Shown here piece after piece: positions 35,125 through 44,927 of a DNA stretch of 57,790 nucleotides. Source of the DNA: a virus (taxonomy: Duplodnaviria; Caudoviricetes); the IMG/VR virus record IMGVR_UViG_3300033149_006504, positions 1 through 57,790 of that record. The stretch is one strand, 5' to 3'. Made by a program: the position numbers and the translations under genes. The first letter of the stretch is position 1. Every line of letters begins with the position of its first letter. The notes below the pieces were generated by a model. The model was not told the origin of the DNA. It saw only the letters and a program-made list of their open reading frames with translations, and did not search any database.

Positions 35125-37506
35125 ATGGCAGAAGACGAATCAACATCACCAGAAGACATGGGGGCAGCCACCGAGGCAGCCAGTACCATGTCCGAAGTCA
35201 TCACAAATCTAATTAAGGAGTTGTCCAGACTCGGCGAAGCCTCTTCCGAAGCATATGCCAAATTGAGGGAAGAAGCTGAAAAATCTATTCCCTCTATCGA
35301 CAAGGTTAAGAAGGGAATGAAATCTGCAGCAGAACAACTGCAGGATGACGGTGCAAGCCTTGCAGACACAATGCTTGGAATGGCCGGTATAAACGCCGAT
35401 ACGGAAAAGAGTTTCCTTGGAATTGCTAGCCAAATGAAGTGGGGGGGTGATGCAATGAAAGGGTTCACGGCACGACTCAAAAAAGGTTTCGCGCCCCTCG
35501 CCATAGCAAACATGTTATTAAGCAAAGTTGCCCAGTCCACACTATATTTTATGCACCAAATGGATAGCTCCCTGGTGTCATTCAACAAATCCACTGGTGC
35601 CCTCAAACTGTACGGGTCAAACATCGTATCTTTAGAAGAAACGATGTACCAATATGGCATCACGGCAGGAGACGCCGCAGAGGCACAAACGGGCTTGGTG
35701 AGAAATGTCACAAACCTGAGAAATATGTCTGATGCCTCACAGGAGAGCTTGTTAAAGACAACCGCCGTGTTACAAGAAATGGGTGTGGATTCAGACACTA
35801 CTGGTGCGAGCTTTCAATTTATGACAGCCTCCATGGGAATGACAAACGATGCCGCAGAGAGAACAACTAGACAAATGTTTACGCTCGCACAGGCACTTGG
35901 CATGCCCCCACAAGAAATGGCAGCGTCCTTCCAGGAAGCCATGCCACAACTTTCAGCCTTCGGTGCTTCTGCGAGCAAAGTATTCATGAAGATGTCAGAG
36001 GATGCCCGTGTTGCCAATATGTCAGTCTCGCAGATGCTGAGAATAACGGAACAATTTGACAAATTCGATTCAGCGGCCGCATCGGTTGGAAAATTGAATG
36101 CTGCACTCGGCGGCCCATATTTGAGCACCATTAGAATGGTGACAACAACAGACCCAACTGATCGTATGAGGGCATTGTCCGAAGCAGTAAACATGGCTGG
36201 AAAGTCTTTCGATACCATGGACTATTATGAGAGAAAAATGATAGCCTCTGCCATGGGATTATCTGATGTAAATGAACTCGCACTGGTCATGAAAGGCAGA
36301 TTTGATCTTGTTGCCGGAGCCACAGAAATGAGTTCCGATAAAATAGAGGATCTGGCGGCACAAACCAAGGACTTTAACACGATTATGGAAGAGTTCGCCC
36401 AGATTGGAAGAGCTTTCACAATTAATGTGCTTGGTCCGCTCATAAAGGGAATCAAATTCCTAACAGACGGTATTGGACACCTAGCAGCAAATCCGCTGGT
36501 CAATCTGGCTGGTGGATTAGGAGTAGCCACTGCTGGTATCGTCGCGCTATCACTTGCCCTCGGAGGTCCTATCGGCCCGATAATCGCCGCCATCGCATTG
36601 GCAATAGCAGGCCTGGTATTTGTTTTTAAGGGGCTATATGATTTAGTTGGCGGAACTGAAACATTCGTCAAAATATGGGAAGGGGTTCAGAAAAGGTTCC
36701 AGCCCGTCATCGATAGATTGACGAAGGCTTTTGGTGAATTAGTTGGAGAGGGCGAGGAGTGGACTTCTTGGCTAAAATTAAGTGAACCTCAAATCGAAGC
36801 CTTTATTGATTTCTCCGTCAGACTGGTTGCTGGACTCATAGGTGTTGCAGCTTGGATACTTGAAGCCACTAACGAGGCTGGTGGACTCAAACTCATCCTC
36901 ACCAACCTCGCCATCGCATTTTGGCCCCTGCTAGCGGCGATGACCGCAGTCGGCGCTGTCATCACCTTCGTCATCGGAGTTGTTACACTTCTAGCCTGGG
37001 GACTTAGTGAAATATTTCACAGTCTATATGTCGGCAACAGCCCCCCGCTCTTGTTGGTTTTTGCACTACTTGCCGCAGCAATCTATCTTGTCGGTGATGC
37101 ATTTAAATACCCAATTCAAATGATTGGGAAATTGATGGACGGGCTTAAGAGCCTAGCATCTTATCTAGCAGGCAAAGCACTGGGCTTCATTTCTGGTGCA
37201 ATATCTTTTGTATTCGGAGGAGGAACAACAGCTAATATCCCTTCGGCAGAAGTGAGCAACGACTCTTTCAACAGGGCTTCGGATATGGAAAGCTCAAGCA
37301 AAACAATCGCAGATGCAGTTGCCGATGGTGTCGCAGCTGCCCTAGTGGGGATGTTCCCAGAGGGCGGTGTGAAACACATGCTTGAAATAACAGCCGGTGT
37401 TGGAATGCCTCAGCTCTTTGCTTACACTACAACAATGGCAGAAACAGGTGGCAATGATGCCTTATCACAAGCACGGGCCTTTGCCCCAAAACCACAGACA
37501 GCATAG
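35125..37506 (+). CDS. Tape measure protein
   Basis: 793-aa Ala/Met-rich helical protein with hydrophobic segments, located after the tube/chaperone genes. Confidence 0.75.
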   Translation: MAEDESTSPEDMGAATEAASTMSEVITNLIKELSRLGEASSEAYAKLREEAEKSIPSIDKVKKGMKSAAEQLQDDGASLADTMLGMAGINADTEKSFLGIASQMKWGGDAMKGFTARLKKGFAPLAIANMLLSKVAQSTLYFMHQMDSSLVSFNKSTGALKLYGSNIVSLEETMYQYGITAGDAAEAQTGLVRNVTNLRNMSDASQESLLKTTAVLQEMGVDSDTTGASFQFMTASMGMTNDAAERTTRQMFTLAQALGMPPQEMAASFQEAMPQLSAFGASASKVFMKMSEDARVANMSVSQMLRITEQFDKFDSAAASVGKLNAALGGPYLSTIRMVTTTDPTDRMRALSEAVNMAGKSFDTMDYYERKMIASAMGLSDVNELALVMKGRFDLVAGATEMSSDKIEDLAAQTKDFNTIMEEFAQIGRAFTINVLGPLIKGIKFLTDGIGHLAANPLVNLAGGLGVATAGIVALSLALGGPIGPIIAAIALAIAGLVFVFKGLYDLVGGTETFVKIWEGVQKRFQPVIDRLTKAFGELVGEGEEWTSWLKLSEPQIEAFIDFSVRLVAGLIGVAAWILEATNEAGGLKLILTNLAIAFWPLLAAMTAVGAVITFVIGVVTLLAWGLSEIFHSLYVGNSPPLLLVFALLAAAIYLVGDAFKYPIQMIGKLMDGLKSLASYLAGKALGFISGAISFVFGGGTTANIPSAEVSNDSFNRASDMESSSKTIADAVADGVAAALVGMFPEGGVKHMLEITAGVGMPQLFAYTTTMAETGGNDALSQARAFAPKPQTA

Positions 37507-37518
37507 GAATTAACAAAC

Positions 37519-38247
37519 ATGGCAACAGATATTTTTGAAGAACATAAGAATAAGAACGATTTGATCATTAAAATGGTCGCTTCGGGAAAATACTTGAGAT
37601 TTTCGGAGGGAATTGATTCCTTCAGTAGAAGCTATTCCGTACAATGGGACTCTGTAAATGTTTACGGAAGGCAAGATGCAATTCAAACTTATCAATCAAC
37701 TGGTGAAACTATTTCTTTAAGCTGGCCAGTGAAGCCAGATGAGGAAAACGATTTTTATGAACAACAGCTCAAAGCAATTTTAGCATTAGGGAAATTCATT
37801 AGACCCCTATATAGTTATGGTGGAAGAATCTTGGAAGCACCCCTCTTGGAAATAAGATATAGAAATTTGATTGTAGAAGATTATGACACGAGAAAACCCA
37901 TACTATGCGCCCCATCATCAATAGAGGTCAATTATGGCGATAGGGCCAGAAACATAACGACAAAAGATGGCACCCGCCTAATTTTGCCAAAGAGGATAAA
38001 CATCTCTTTGTCTGCCACAATCATAAACCGCACCGAAAAATTTTACAAGAAGGAGACCAGTGAGGATAAAAAAGCCGCAGCCGAGAAAAAAGCCGCAGAG
38101 GCCAAAAAAGCCGGAGGCACTCCCCCCGCCGCCGACCTAACCACCGCGCCCCCCGCCGCCACCAGCGGTATTGATACTGCATCACAAGTAGTGGGTGAAT
38201 TCTTCAGCAATTTGGGGTTTAACCCGTTCCCAGGGAGTAGCGAATAA
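37519..38247 (+). CDS. Baseplate/tube-junction protein (gp48/GpU-like)
   Basis: The VQWDSVNVYGRQDAIQTYQSTGETISLSW pattern is typical of contractile-tail tube-initiator proteins; follows the TMP gene. Confidence 0.55.
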   Translation: MATDIFEEHKNKNDLIIKMVASGKYLRFSEGIDSFSRSYSVQWDSVNVYGRQDAIQTYQSTGETISLSWPVKPDEENDFYEQQLKAILALGKFIRPLYSYGGRILEAPLLEIRYRNLIVEDYDTRKPILCAPSSIEVNYGDRARNITTKDGTRLILPKRINISLSATIINRTEKFYKKETSEDKKAAAEKKAAEAKKAGGTPPAADLTTAPPAATSGIDTASQVVGEFFSNLGFNPFPGSSE

Positions 38248-38588
38248 TGCCATTAACAAGATATTCAAATAGAGACATAGTGATTAATCAACAAGAAATA
38301 TACGACGAAATCTTCAAAGAAAGAGGAATAAACGGAGTTCGCCAATATGAAACTCCAGAATTGTTTTTCCCAGAAACCTCAGAATTATCAGCCATGGCAT
38401 ACGACACTAGGACTTGGAAAGTTGGCGATAGGCTTTATAAAATAGCATACGAGATGTATGGGGATTCCAGATACTGGTGGATCGTTGCTCAATTTAATAA
38501 GAAGCCAACAGACCATCATTTTAAGGTTGGGGATACATATTATGTTCCGCTTTCTTTAGAAGAAGCTCTACGAAGCTTCGGTTTATAG
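38247..38588 (+). CDS. LysM-like baseplate wedge protein (gp53/GpX-like)
   Basis: VGDRLYKIAYEMYGDSRYWWIVAQFN..VGDTYYVP LysM-type motif. Confidence 0.8.
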   Translation: MPLTRYSNRDIVINQQEIYDEIFKERGINGVRQYETPELFFPETSELSAMAYDTRTWKVGDRLYKIAYEMYGDSRYWWIVAQFNKKPTDHHFKVGDTYYVPLSLEEALRSFGL

Positions 38589-38600
38589 GGGGGGGTGTAG

Positions 38601-41579
38601 ATGAATTCCTTAACTGCCGAAGCATTTGAAAGTGCTAAAAAAAACCAATTTTTAAAAAAAGTCCTTTTAGAATTCGCTGGCGACCCACTTCTCGACAGTA
38701 AACGAGCCTCCGCACTTTATAATACATATACCTCAACGGAGTATTATAATCTCGCCAAAGAGATCGAAAAGAACTTTCCAGCTTTCGAGTCCATCACCAC
38801 CGTTTCCAACCCCCAGGCTGTTGATATAAAATTTGACCGACGGCACCCGGCCGGCCCCAATAATGTAAAAGCCGCCAAAGGCCTCTTCGCCAAAATCAGA
38901 GACAATCTGGATGACCCCGATGGCGAGAGGTCTCTTCTCAAGCCTGACCTCGAACAATCACCCACCATAGCTTTGGTTGGCCTCTTGTTCGAAGAGATTA
39001 GAGATCAAGTGCGCGCCCTGGAATTGAGCGAACCAAACAAGGATACAGTGCTTAACCAGGAACTCCGCAAAGCGATAATGAACCAGACGATATATCTTTA
39101 TTACTTTTTAATTTTCTTGTGGAAATATCAAAGTGGATCCGCGCGAATAGGTGAAATAGCAAAAGATTCAGGGATACTGACCTCGGAAGATCTGTTCTCA
39201 GCAAAGCTGGGACTGCTGGAAGACATAATTGAACAAGAGAAGGAACACAACAGAGAATTACAATCAGGAGAGATTATGAGTTTGGCAGCTGCAGCAGCAG
39301 GGGAATTCGCCACCTCTCGCCAAGCAATCATAGATTCAAGATTTATTGCCCAAAAATATTTAATTCAAAATATGGAATCACTGGACCGCCTTTCACGCGA
39401 ACGAATATCCAAGCGGGTCACTGCTGGATATGATCAACAGCCAATTGGCATCCCCCAGAATAGGTTAGTGAGACTAAAAAACAGCCACCTCCATACAATA
39501 TCATCCCTGACAGGGGCTTCCTCGGGGAAAAAAATATTCAATATGAAGACTGGAACCCTATCAAGGCTGCAGCCAGAGATAAGGATTTTCAAAACAAAAT
39601 ATGATAAAGAGATGGCAAAAAAGGGTGAAGTGGAAATTAAATTTCCCACCCACAATGATTTGAGTATGTTTAAATATAATCCAAATTTCGCAAAAAAGAA
39701 GCCATTAGAATTTCCAAAAACAAAACGGGGATTCGGAATAAAAAGCTTTAGCTGGAGCTACACTGGTGCTGATCCATTTTCGGTAGATAAAGACATAGAG
39801 GCAGTTTTGGAGCTATATTTCCAGGACTTTGCTCAGTTTACTGCCCTACGCGGAATGGACGAGGATAAAACTTATCGCTATATTGATTTAATAGTCCCCC
39901 TCGATGGCGAGCAGCAAGGTGCCAAGGAAAACCTGGGGGCCATTTTTAATAATGATATCCGCATTCAAGCTGGCTGGCAACGCCCAGAATCTATGAGCGA
40001 TGCAGAAGCCAACGCCATCACTGCGGGAAATATTGATCTCCATTTGACAATGCAAGATTACAGTTTGACATTCGATGGCAATGCCAACGGTGCAGCCAGC
40101 ATTACCATCAACTATAGAGCAAGAGCCGAGACTGCGGCAAAGAACAAGCTCATTAATATTTTAGCACCAACGAAAGAGGAGATGACCGATATATTATCCA
40201 CCAAGACTGCAATCGCCGCATTGGGAATCATTGATGAAAGCTCGGGAAAAAGAGAAGAACTCATAAAAGAAAAAACACAAATAGAGACGAATGCTAGGAA
40301 CAGAGCAGTTAAAAATTTGGTTGAGACACTCATCGATGAGAAATCGATTTATTGGAGAGATATAAACACCAGGGGGGTACTTGATTCTGCACTGGGAAAA
40401 CCAACCGCGAAAAGAGCTGTTGACTTATTAGCTTTAACAGCAGTTTCGGCCGATGGAAAATACACTGACGGTTTAAAAAGCTCGCTGGAGGATATCAAAT
40501 CTACAATAACTCCCCCCTCCATCAAAGATCTCGCTCTACTCAAAAATATAAAAGATCGAGAAAAACCGCCATCTGTTCCTGATTCCGTAGAGGCTGGTAC
40601 TCAACACCGTATATTATACACTTTTTTTGGAGATATTGTCCAAGCTGCAATGCAGCATGCTCTGGACCCAGAGCATGCTGCAGAAATGATGGGAACCCCC
40701 AAGGATATTTTGGAGAACATGAAGCTGATATGTTCAGAATTTAAGGTGGGTGGTAAGTCATACAATATTGCCGACTTGCCAATTGACATGGTATTGTTCA
40801 CACAATTCTTATATGACACCATAGGGAGCACCCAAATTAGTTCGAAACCTATCGCAATGTTCATAAAAGAATTACTGGCACAAGTTGTTATTAATAATGC
40901 TGATAAATATATCTCCTTAAAAGACGGAAATACGAGAACCTTTCGCCTCGGATATCACAGTCTTAAAAATCCATTGAAGCCAATTCCTGAAAGGGAATAT
41001 GATTTAGAGGATAAGGATGACACCAGATTATTTGTCCAGGGTGCAAATTATGAATATCTTGTTTTGTACTCCGACTCTCCAACTCCGGCAGAATTTTTGA
41101 TTACTAATGGGGATGGCCCAGATTCTTATAAGAACAAAAGAAAAAGAAATGAAGAAAATGGAATATTCCACTTTGTTCTGGGGACCACAACATCTCTGGT
41201 CAAAAATATTTCTTTTGAAAAAATAGACTTAGAATATGCCAGAGAGAGGAGATTGACAATTGAGAAAAATGACCCCTATGCTTTACTGGCAAACGTTTTT
41301 AATGTCAATATCCAAATGTTTGGAAACAATCTCTTCCGGCCTGGAAGTTATATATACATTGATCCTCGTATTCTTGGATCAATGGGCAACCCTTGGGACA
41401 AAAATTCCATCTCAAATGTGATGGGGCTTGGGGGATATCACTTCGTGACACAGGTGAAGAACACGATAACAAATAACTCTTTCGAGACTTCCATAGATGC
41501 TGTTTGGAATTCCTCTGGTGATGGTGAGGTCGTCTTCGGCGGTTCAGAAACAAAACCCAAGAGGCAGGAGAAGAAATGA
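38601..41579 (+). CDS. Large baseplate hub protein (gp27/GpD-like)
   Basis: The C-terminal NIQMFGNNLFRPGSYIYID..GGYHFVTQVKNTI..FETSI segment resembles hub protein C-termini; follows the LysM gene. Confidence 0.55.
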   Translation: MNSLTAEAFESAKKNQFLKKVLLEFAGDPLLDSKRASALYNTYTSTEYYNLAKEIEKNFPAFESITTVSNPQAVDIKFDRRHPAGPNNVKAAKGLFAKIRDNLDDPDGERSLLKPDLEQSPTIALVGLLFEEIRDQVRALELSEPNKDTVLNQELRKAIMNQTIYLYYFLIFLWKYQSGSARIGEIAKDSGILTSEDLFSAKLGLLEDIIEQEKEHNRELQSGEIMSLAAAAAGEFATSRQAIIDSRFIAQKYLIQNMESLDRLSRERISKRVTAGYDQQPIGIPQNRLVRLKNSHLHTISSLTGASSGKKIFNMKTGTLSRLQPEIRIFKTKYDKEMAKKGEVEIKFPTHNDLSMFKYNPNFAKKKPLEFPKTKRGFGIKSFSWSYTGADPFSVDKDIEAVLELYFQDFAQFTALRGMDEDKTYRYIDLIVPLDGEQQGAKENLGAIFNNDIRIQAGWQRPESMSDAEANAITAGNIDLHLTMQDYSLTFDGNANGAASITINYRARAETAAKNKLINILAPTKEEMTDILSTKTAIAALGIIDESSGKREELIKEKTQIETNARNRAVKNLVETLIDEKSIYWRDINTRGVLDSALGKPTAKRAVDLLALTAVSADGKYTDGLKSSLEDIKSTITPPSIKDLALLKNIKDREKPPSVPDSVEAGTQHRILYTFFGDIVQAAMQHALDPEHAAEMMGTPKDILENMKLICSEFKVGGKSYNIADLPIDMVLFTQFLYDTIGSTQISSKPIAMFIKELLAQVVINNADKYISLKDGNTRTFRLGYHSLKNPLKPIPEREYDLEDKDDTRLFVQGANYEYLVLYSDSPTPAEFLITNGDGPDSYKNKRKRNEENGIFHFVLGTTTSLVKNISFEKIDLEYARERRLTIEKNDPYALLANVFNVNIQMFGNNLFRPGSYIYIDPRILGSMGNPWDKNSISNVMGLGGYHFVTQVKNTITNNSFETSIDAVWNSSGDGEVVFGGSETKPKRQEKK

Positions 41580-42823
41580 CACGCAAGTTCATCACCGACA
41601 ATAACTCACCTCTCAGTTCAATTTTCACGGAAAGGATCTTTTATGATTTTTTTGCATTCTCTCTCCAAGGGAACCCCACGTTTAGAGATCCGACCGGAAT
41701 TAAAAATTATTGGAACTTTGAAAACCTTCTTTATGGAAAGGTTGATAAAACCCTGTCGGTCATTGAACCTATCAGCGAAATATTGGTGACAATACCGAAT
41801 CAGGGCGAGATCATTTATTCTTTCCCAGAAGTTGCGACATCCTTTCTAAACTTCCAGGAAAGGTTCAAAATCCCAGCAAAAACGGGTAGGCTCGCAGAAG
41901 ATGGGTATTTACAAACACCAAATTTATATCGCGGGTTTATTGATGCAACTGTGAACTATAATCAGTTTTTGACGGATATCATTTCTCAGTTCAACAAGCG
42001 CCTGTTCGACACTCAGAAAGAGTCAGAAATAAAGAATATAAAAGATTACTCCAGGGTATTTTTTAAATATATAATTGAAAATATAAATATTCCTTTTTTA
42101 ACAAAGACCTCATATCATTTATCAAGAGAGAACTCTTCTCTGGGATCCGCATTGAGTTTGGAAATTACAGACCTAAACCCGGCATCCAATAAAGACAAAG
42201 ATGAATTCATCAAAGGCAAGAATTTTGCATTTTATAAACAGGCGGCAATTAACTCTGGGTTCCTTATCGATAAGAACATTCCGTGGAGATTAAATTTTGA
42301 TTTGTCATCTCCAGCGAATGCGGAAAAGATATCGCCAGGATACGACTCTGCGGATTTGGCAGCAAGTTTTCTTAATCAAAACTTTGCAAAAGTTGCAACT
42401 CAGGATATGGATTACCTTATCTCTACGGTCGTTGTGGGATACAACTCATTGGTTGCAAGAAAGGATTTTTATATGGATGGCCGCTGTGCGAAAGCGAGGA
42501 CACAAACAACAAAAGAAGATATGCTCAAGAACACTTTGAAAATGAATTATTGGACGAGCAAATATATTAAATTAAGAAATTATGAATCTGGAAATCAATA
42601 TACGGATCCTGAAATAGAAAAAATAATTTTTAATGCCAATGACATGACACGAGGGAAAATTGAATATATAGACAAGAAATTTAGAATGCCGTTTATCCAC
42701 GAAGGATCTACTGTTTTCGAAAATATTAAAAATTATTATGCCAATGGGGAAAACATTTCACTTGACAATTTCTCCGAGCGTGTTATAATGATTATAAAGA
42801 AATCAATTAACGAAATATATTGA
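41576..42823 (+). CDS. Hypothetical protein (end of tail module)
   Basis: 415-aa ORF with ATGA overlap; no recognisable motif. Confidence 0.65.
   Translation: MTRKFITDNNSPLSSIFTERIFYDFFAFSLQGNPTFRDPTGIKNYWNFENLLYGKVDKTLSVIEPISEILVTIPNQGEIIYSFPEVATSFLNFQERFKIPAKTGRLAEDGYLQTPNLYRGFIDATVNYNQFLTDIISQFNKRLFDTQKESEIKNIKDYSRVFFKYIIENINIPFLTKTSYHLSRENSSLGSALSLEITDLNPASNKDKDEFIKGKNFAFYKQAAINSGFLIDKNIPWRLNFDLSSPANAEKISPGYDSADLAASFLNQNFAKVATQDMDYLISTVVVGYNSLVARKDFYMDGRCAKARTQTTKEDMLKNTLKMNYWTSKYIKLRNYESGNQYTDPEIEKIIFNANDMTRGKIEYIDKKFRMPFIHEGSTVFENIKNYYANGENISLDNFSERVIMIIKKSINEIY
42762..42789 (+). promoter_or_regulatory. Sigma70-type promoter upstream of the PolA-like gene
   Basis: TTGACA-16 nt-TATAAT with extended -10 TG. 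Confidence 0.75.
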
Positions 42824-42830
42824 GGAATCG

Positions 42831-44015
42831 TTGCTATTTCAAACCCTGGATGATAAAAAGGAGTGTGTGGGGATTTATCTTAATGGGGAGCTGTCTTTTA
42901 ACGAGACCCTCCCAGAGAGCCTAACTCACACTTGGTCCTACTCTTCTTTCTTGGGAGATCGTGATATTCAGTATGCCAGCTTGTACTGCGGCGGAAAGTC
43001 CCTTGAGGAACTATGCCCAGAGTCTCTGAGAGACCGCTGGTGCAATGCAAAAAAGAAGTTTGAGGCTTATTTGAAGTCCTTTTCAATAGCTCGTGTATCG
43101 CTAAATGAGAACTGTTTTTATGATTTAGTTCCTGAAAAGTTTCTTTTGGAATTTTGCTATGTAAAGGACTTGATATGTCAATATATTTTCGAGAACTATG
43201 AAAAGCCGAAAAATTACGATTACCTTTTGGGGCTGGCCAAGGGGCTGGAAAATATCAAACATAGAAAGCTGAATATAAACAGAAACAACCTCTCACTTTA
43301 TAAAGCAAAACACAGGAAGTTTAAACACAAATTAAACAATCTAAAACACTATTGCCGGTTTAACATGTGTGGCACCAGGACTGGAAGATTAACAACCTTC
43401 AAAAATAGCTTTCCAGTCCTAACCCTGGATAAACAATTCCGCTGTGTCGTAGAGCCTCACAATGATTATTTCGTAGAGCTTGATTTCAACGCAGCAGAGC
43501 TGAGGACACTGATCGCTCTACAAGGGAAACCCCAACCCAAGGGAGACATCCACGAATGGAACATCCAGAATGTCTTTCGAGGCTTGGGAACGAGAGACGA
43601 GGCCAAGAAAAGAATATTCGCTTGGCTATACAACCCTGAGAGCGATGATTATCTTTGCAGCCGTGCTTATGATAGAGAATCCGTGGTACAAAAGTACTTC
43701 ACTCAGGGTCAAGTGACGACCTTTTGGAACAAGGTCATCCCCTCGGAAGAGCGAACAGCCTTAAATTATATTATCCAATCAACATGCGCTGAAAATGTTT
43801 TGAGACAAATGATTAAAGTATCTAATTACTTAAAAGGATGTAAATCATATGTTGCTTTTCCGATCCATGATTCTATTATATTGGACTTTTCGCTTGAAGA
43901 CCGAGAAAACCTCTCAGAGATAATACACATCTTTTCCAATACGGAATTGGGAAAATTCTTAGTCAATGTTAGTGTCGGGAAGAATTTTGGCAACCTTAAA
44001 AAGCTGGAGGTTTAA
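42831..44015 (+). CDS. Minimal family A DNA polymerase domain protein
   Basis: TRTGRLT, motif A VELDFNAAELR, DIH, motif B RDEAKKRIFAWLY, ALNYIIQST and motif C IHDS; no recognisable exonuclease domain. Confidence 0.8.
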   Translation: MLFQTLDDKKECVGIYLNGELSFNETLPESLTHTWSYSSFLGDRDIQYASLYCGGKSLEELCPESLRDRWCNAKKKFEAYLKSFSIARVSLNENCFYDLVPEKFLLEFCYVKDLICQYIFENYEKPKNYDYLLGLAKGLENIKHRKLNINRNNLSLYKAKHRKFKHKLNNLKHYCRFNMCGTRTGRLTTFKNSFPVLTLDKQFRCVVEPHNDYFVELDFNAAELRTLIALQGKPQPKGDIHEWNIQNVFRGLGTRDEAKKRIFAWLYNPESDDYLCSRAYDRESVVQKYFTQGQVTTFWNKVIPSEERTALNYIIQSTCAENVLRQMIKVSNYLKGCKSYVAFPIHDSIILDFSLEDRENLSEIIHIFSNTELGKFLVNVSVGKNFGNLKKLEV

Positions 44016-44891
44016 ATGAACATCATAGGTCTTGGCAGTGCTGGGTGCGGAATCGCTGAAGCCTTTTCGCAGTATCCTCAATATAAAATATTTAAAATAG
44101 ATGTTGACATTTCTGGTGATAGGTGCTATAATGTACCTAAGTTTAAACAAGCAGAGGAGTATGAGCAATATAAATTTCCAAAATTGAAATCATTTTTTAA
44201 GGGAATATCTGGGGAAACCCTGTTTATCATCGGAGGAGGGGGAAAAATATCTTGTGCCTCCTTAAGGATTCTTGAAATTATCAAAAAGTTACCCATATCA
44301 ATATTATACATAAAACCAGAAGAGGGATTACTGAATCCATCTCAGTGCCTACAAAACCGTGCTGTATTCGGTGTGATGCAGGAATATTCAAGATCTGCCG
44401 TATTTGAAAAGATGTATATTGTCTCTAATGACTCTCTAGATTCCATCGCAGATGGTGCACCAGTAATAGGATATTACGATAAACTCAACGAAATACTTGT
44501 TTCCGCCTTGCACATGATAAATGTATTTTATAATACAGAACCAGTATTTGGTAAAATTTCCAAACTCAAAGACACCCATCGCCTGATAACAATTGGCATG
44601 TTCGATATTGAAAAGAATAAAGAAAAAATGTTTTTTTCCCTTGACAGACCCCGCCATAAATGTTATATTTATAGTATAAACGAAAACAAGTTGAGGTCAG
44701 ATAACAAATTATTTAAAAAAATAAAAAATTTAGTAAAATCAAAGACACAAGAAAATCTTAATATAGAGTATGTGATATACTCAAATGATTGGGATTACGA
44801 CATGGGCTATGTAGTGGAGGCTAGTCCATATATTCAATTAGAAGAACTAAACAAACCCAGCGGGACGAAAGATTTGTCGTCCCGACTATAG
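44016..44891 (+). CDS. Divergent tubulin/FtsZ-like protein
   Basis: N-terminal IIGLGSAGCGIA, degenerate signature IGGGGKISCAS, and YIVSND followed by YYDKLNEIL (cf. FtsZ IPND...AND). Confidence 0.55.
   Translation: MNIIGLGSAGCGIAEAFSQYPQYKIFKIDVDISGDRCYNVPKFKQAEEYEQYKFPKLKSFFKGISGETLFIIGGGGKISCASLRILEIIKKLPISILYIKPEEGLLNPSQCLQNRAVFGVMQEYSRSAVFEKMYIVSNDSLDSIADGAPVIGYYDKLNEILVSALHMINVFYNTEPVFGKISKLKDTHRLITIGMFDIEKNKEKMFFSLDRPRHKCYIYSINENKLRSDNKLFKKIKNLVKSKTQENLNIEYVIYSNDWDYDMGYVVEASPYIQLEELNKPSGTKDLSSRL
44104..44132 (+). promoter_or_regulatory. Perfect sigma70 consensus inside the tubulin-like CDS
   Basis: TTGACA-17 nt-TATAAT with extended TG. Confidence 0.55.
44641..44669 (+). promoter_or_regulatory. 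Sigma70-type promoter, probably for SSB
   Basis: TTGACA-17 nt-TATATT with extended TG, about 260 nt upstream of the SSB start. Confidence 0.6.
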
Positions 44892-44927
44892 CCAACCGGC
44901 ACAATAATAATAGAGGAGAATAATAAG

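Noticed and set aside
35118-37379. Minus-strand ORFs over the tape measure gene
   Set aside because: They are antisense shadows of an Ala/Gly-rich gene; all credible genes in the window are on the + strand.
29360-41579. Extracellular contractile injection system or tailocin interpretation
   Set aside because: Terminase, portal, protease, capsid and replication genes are contiguous, indicating a genuine phage.
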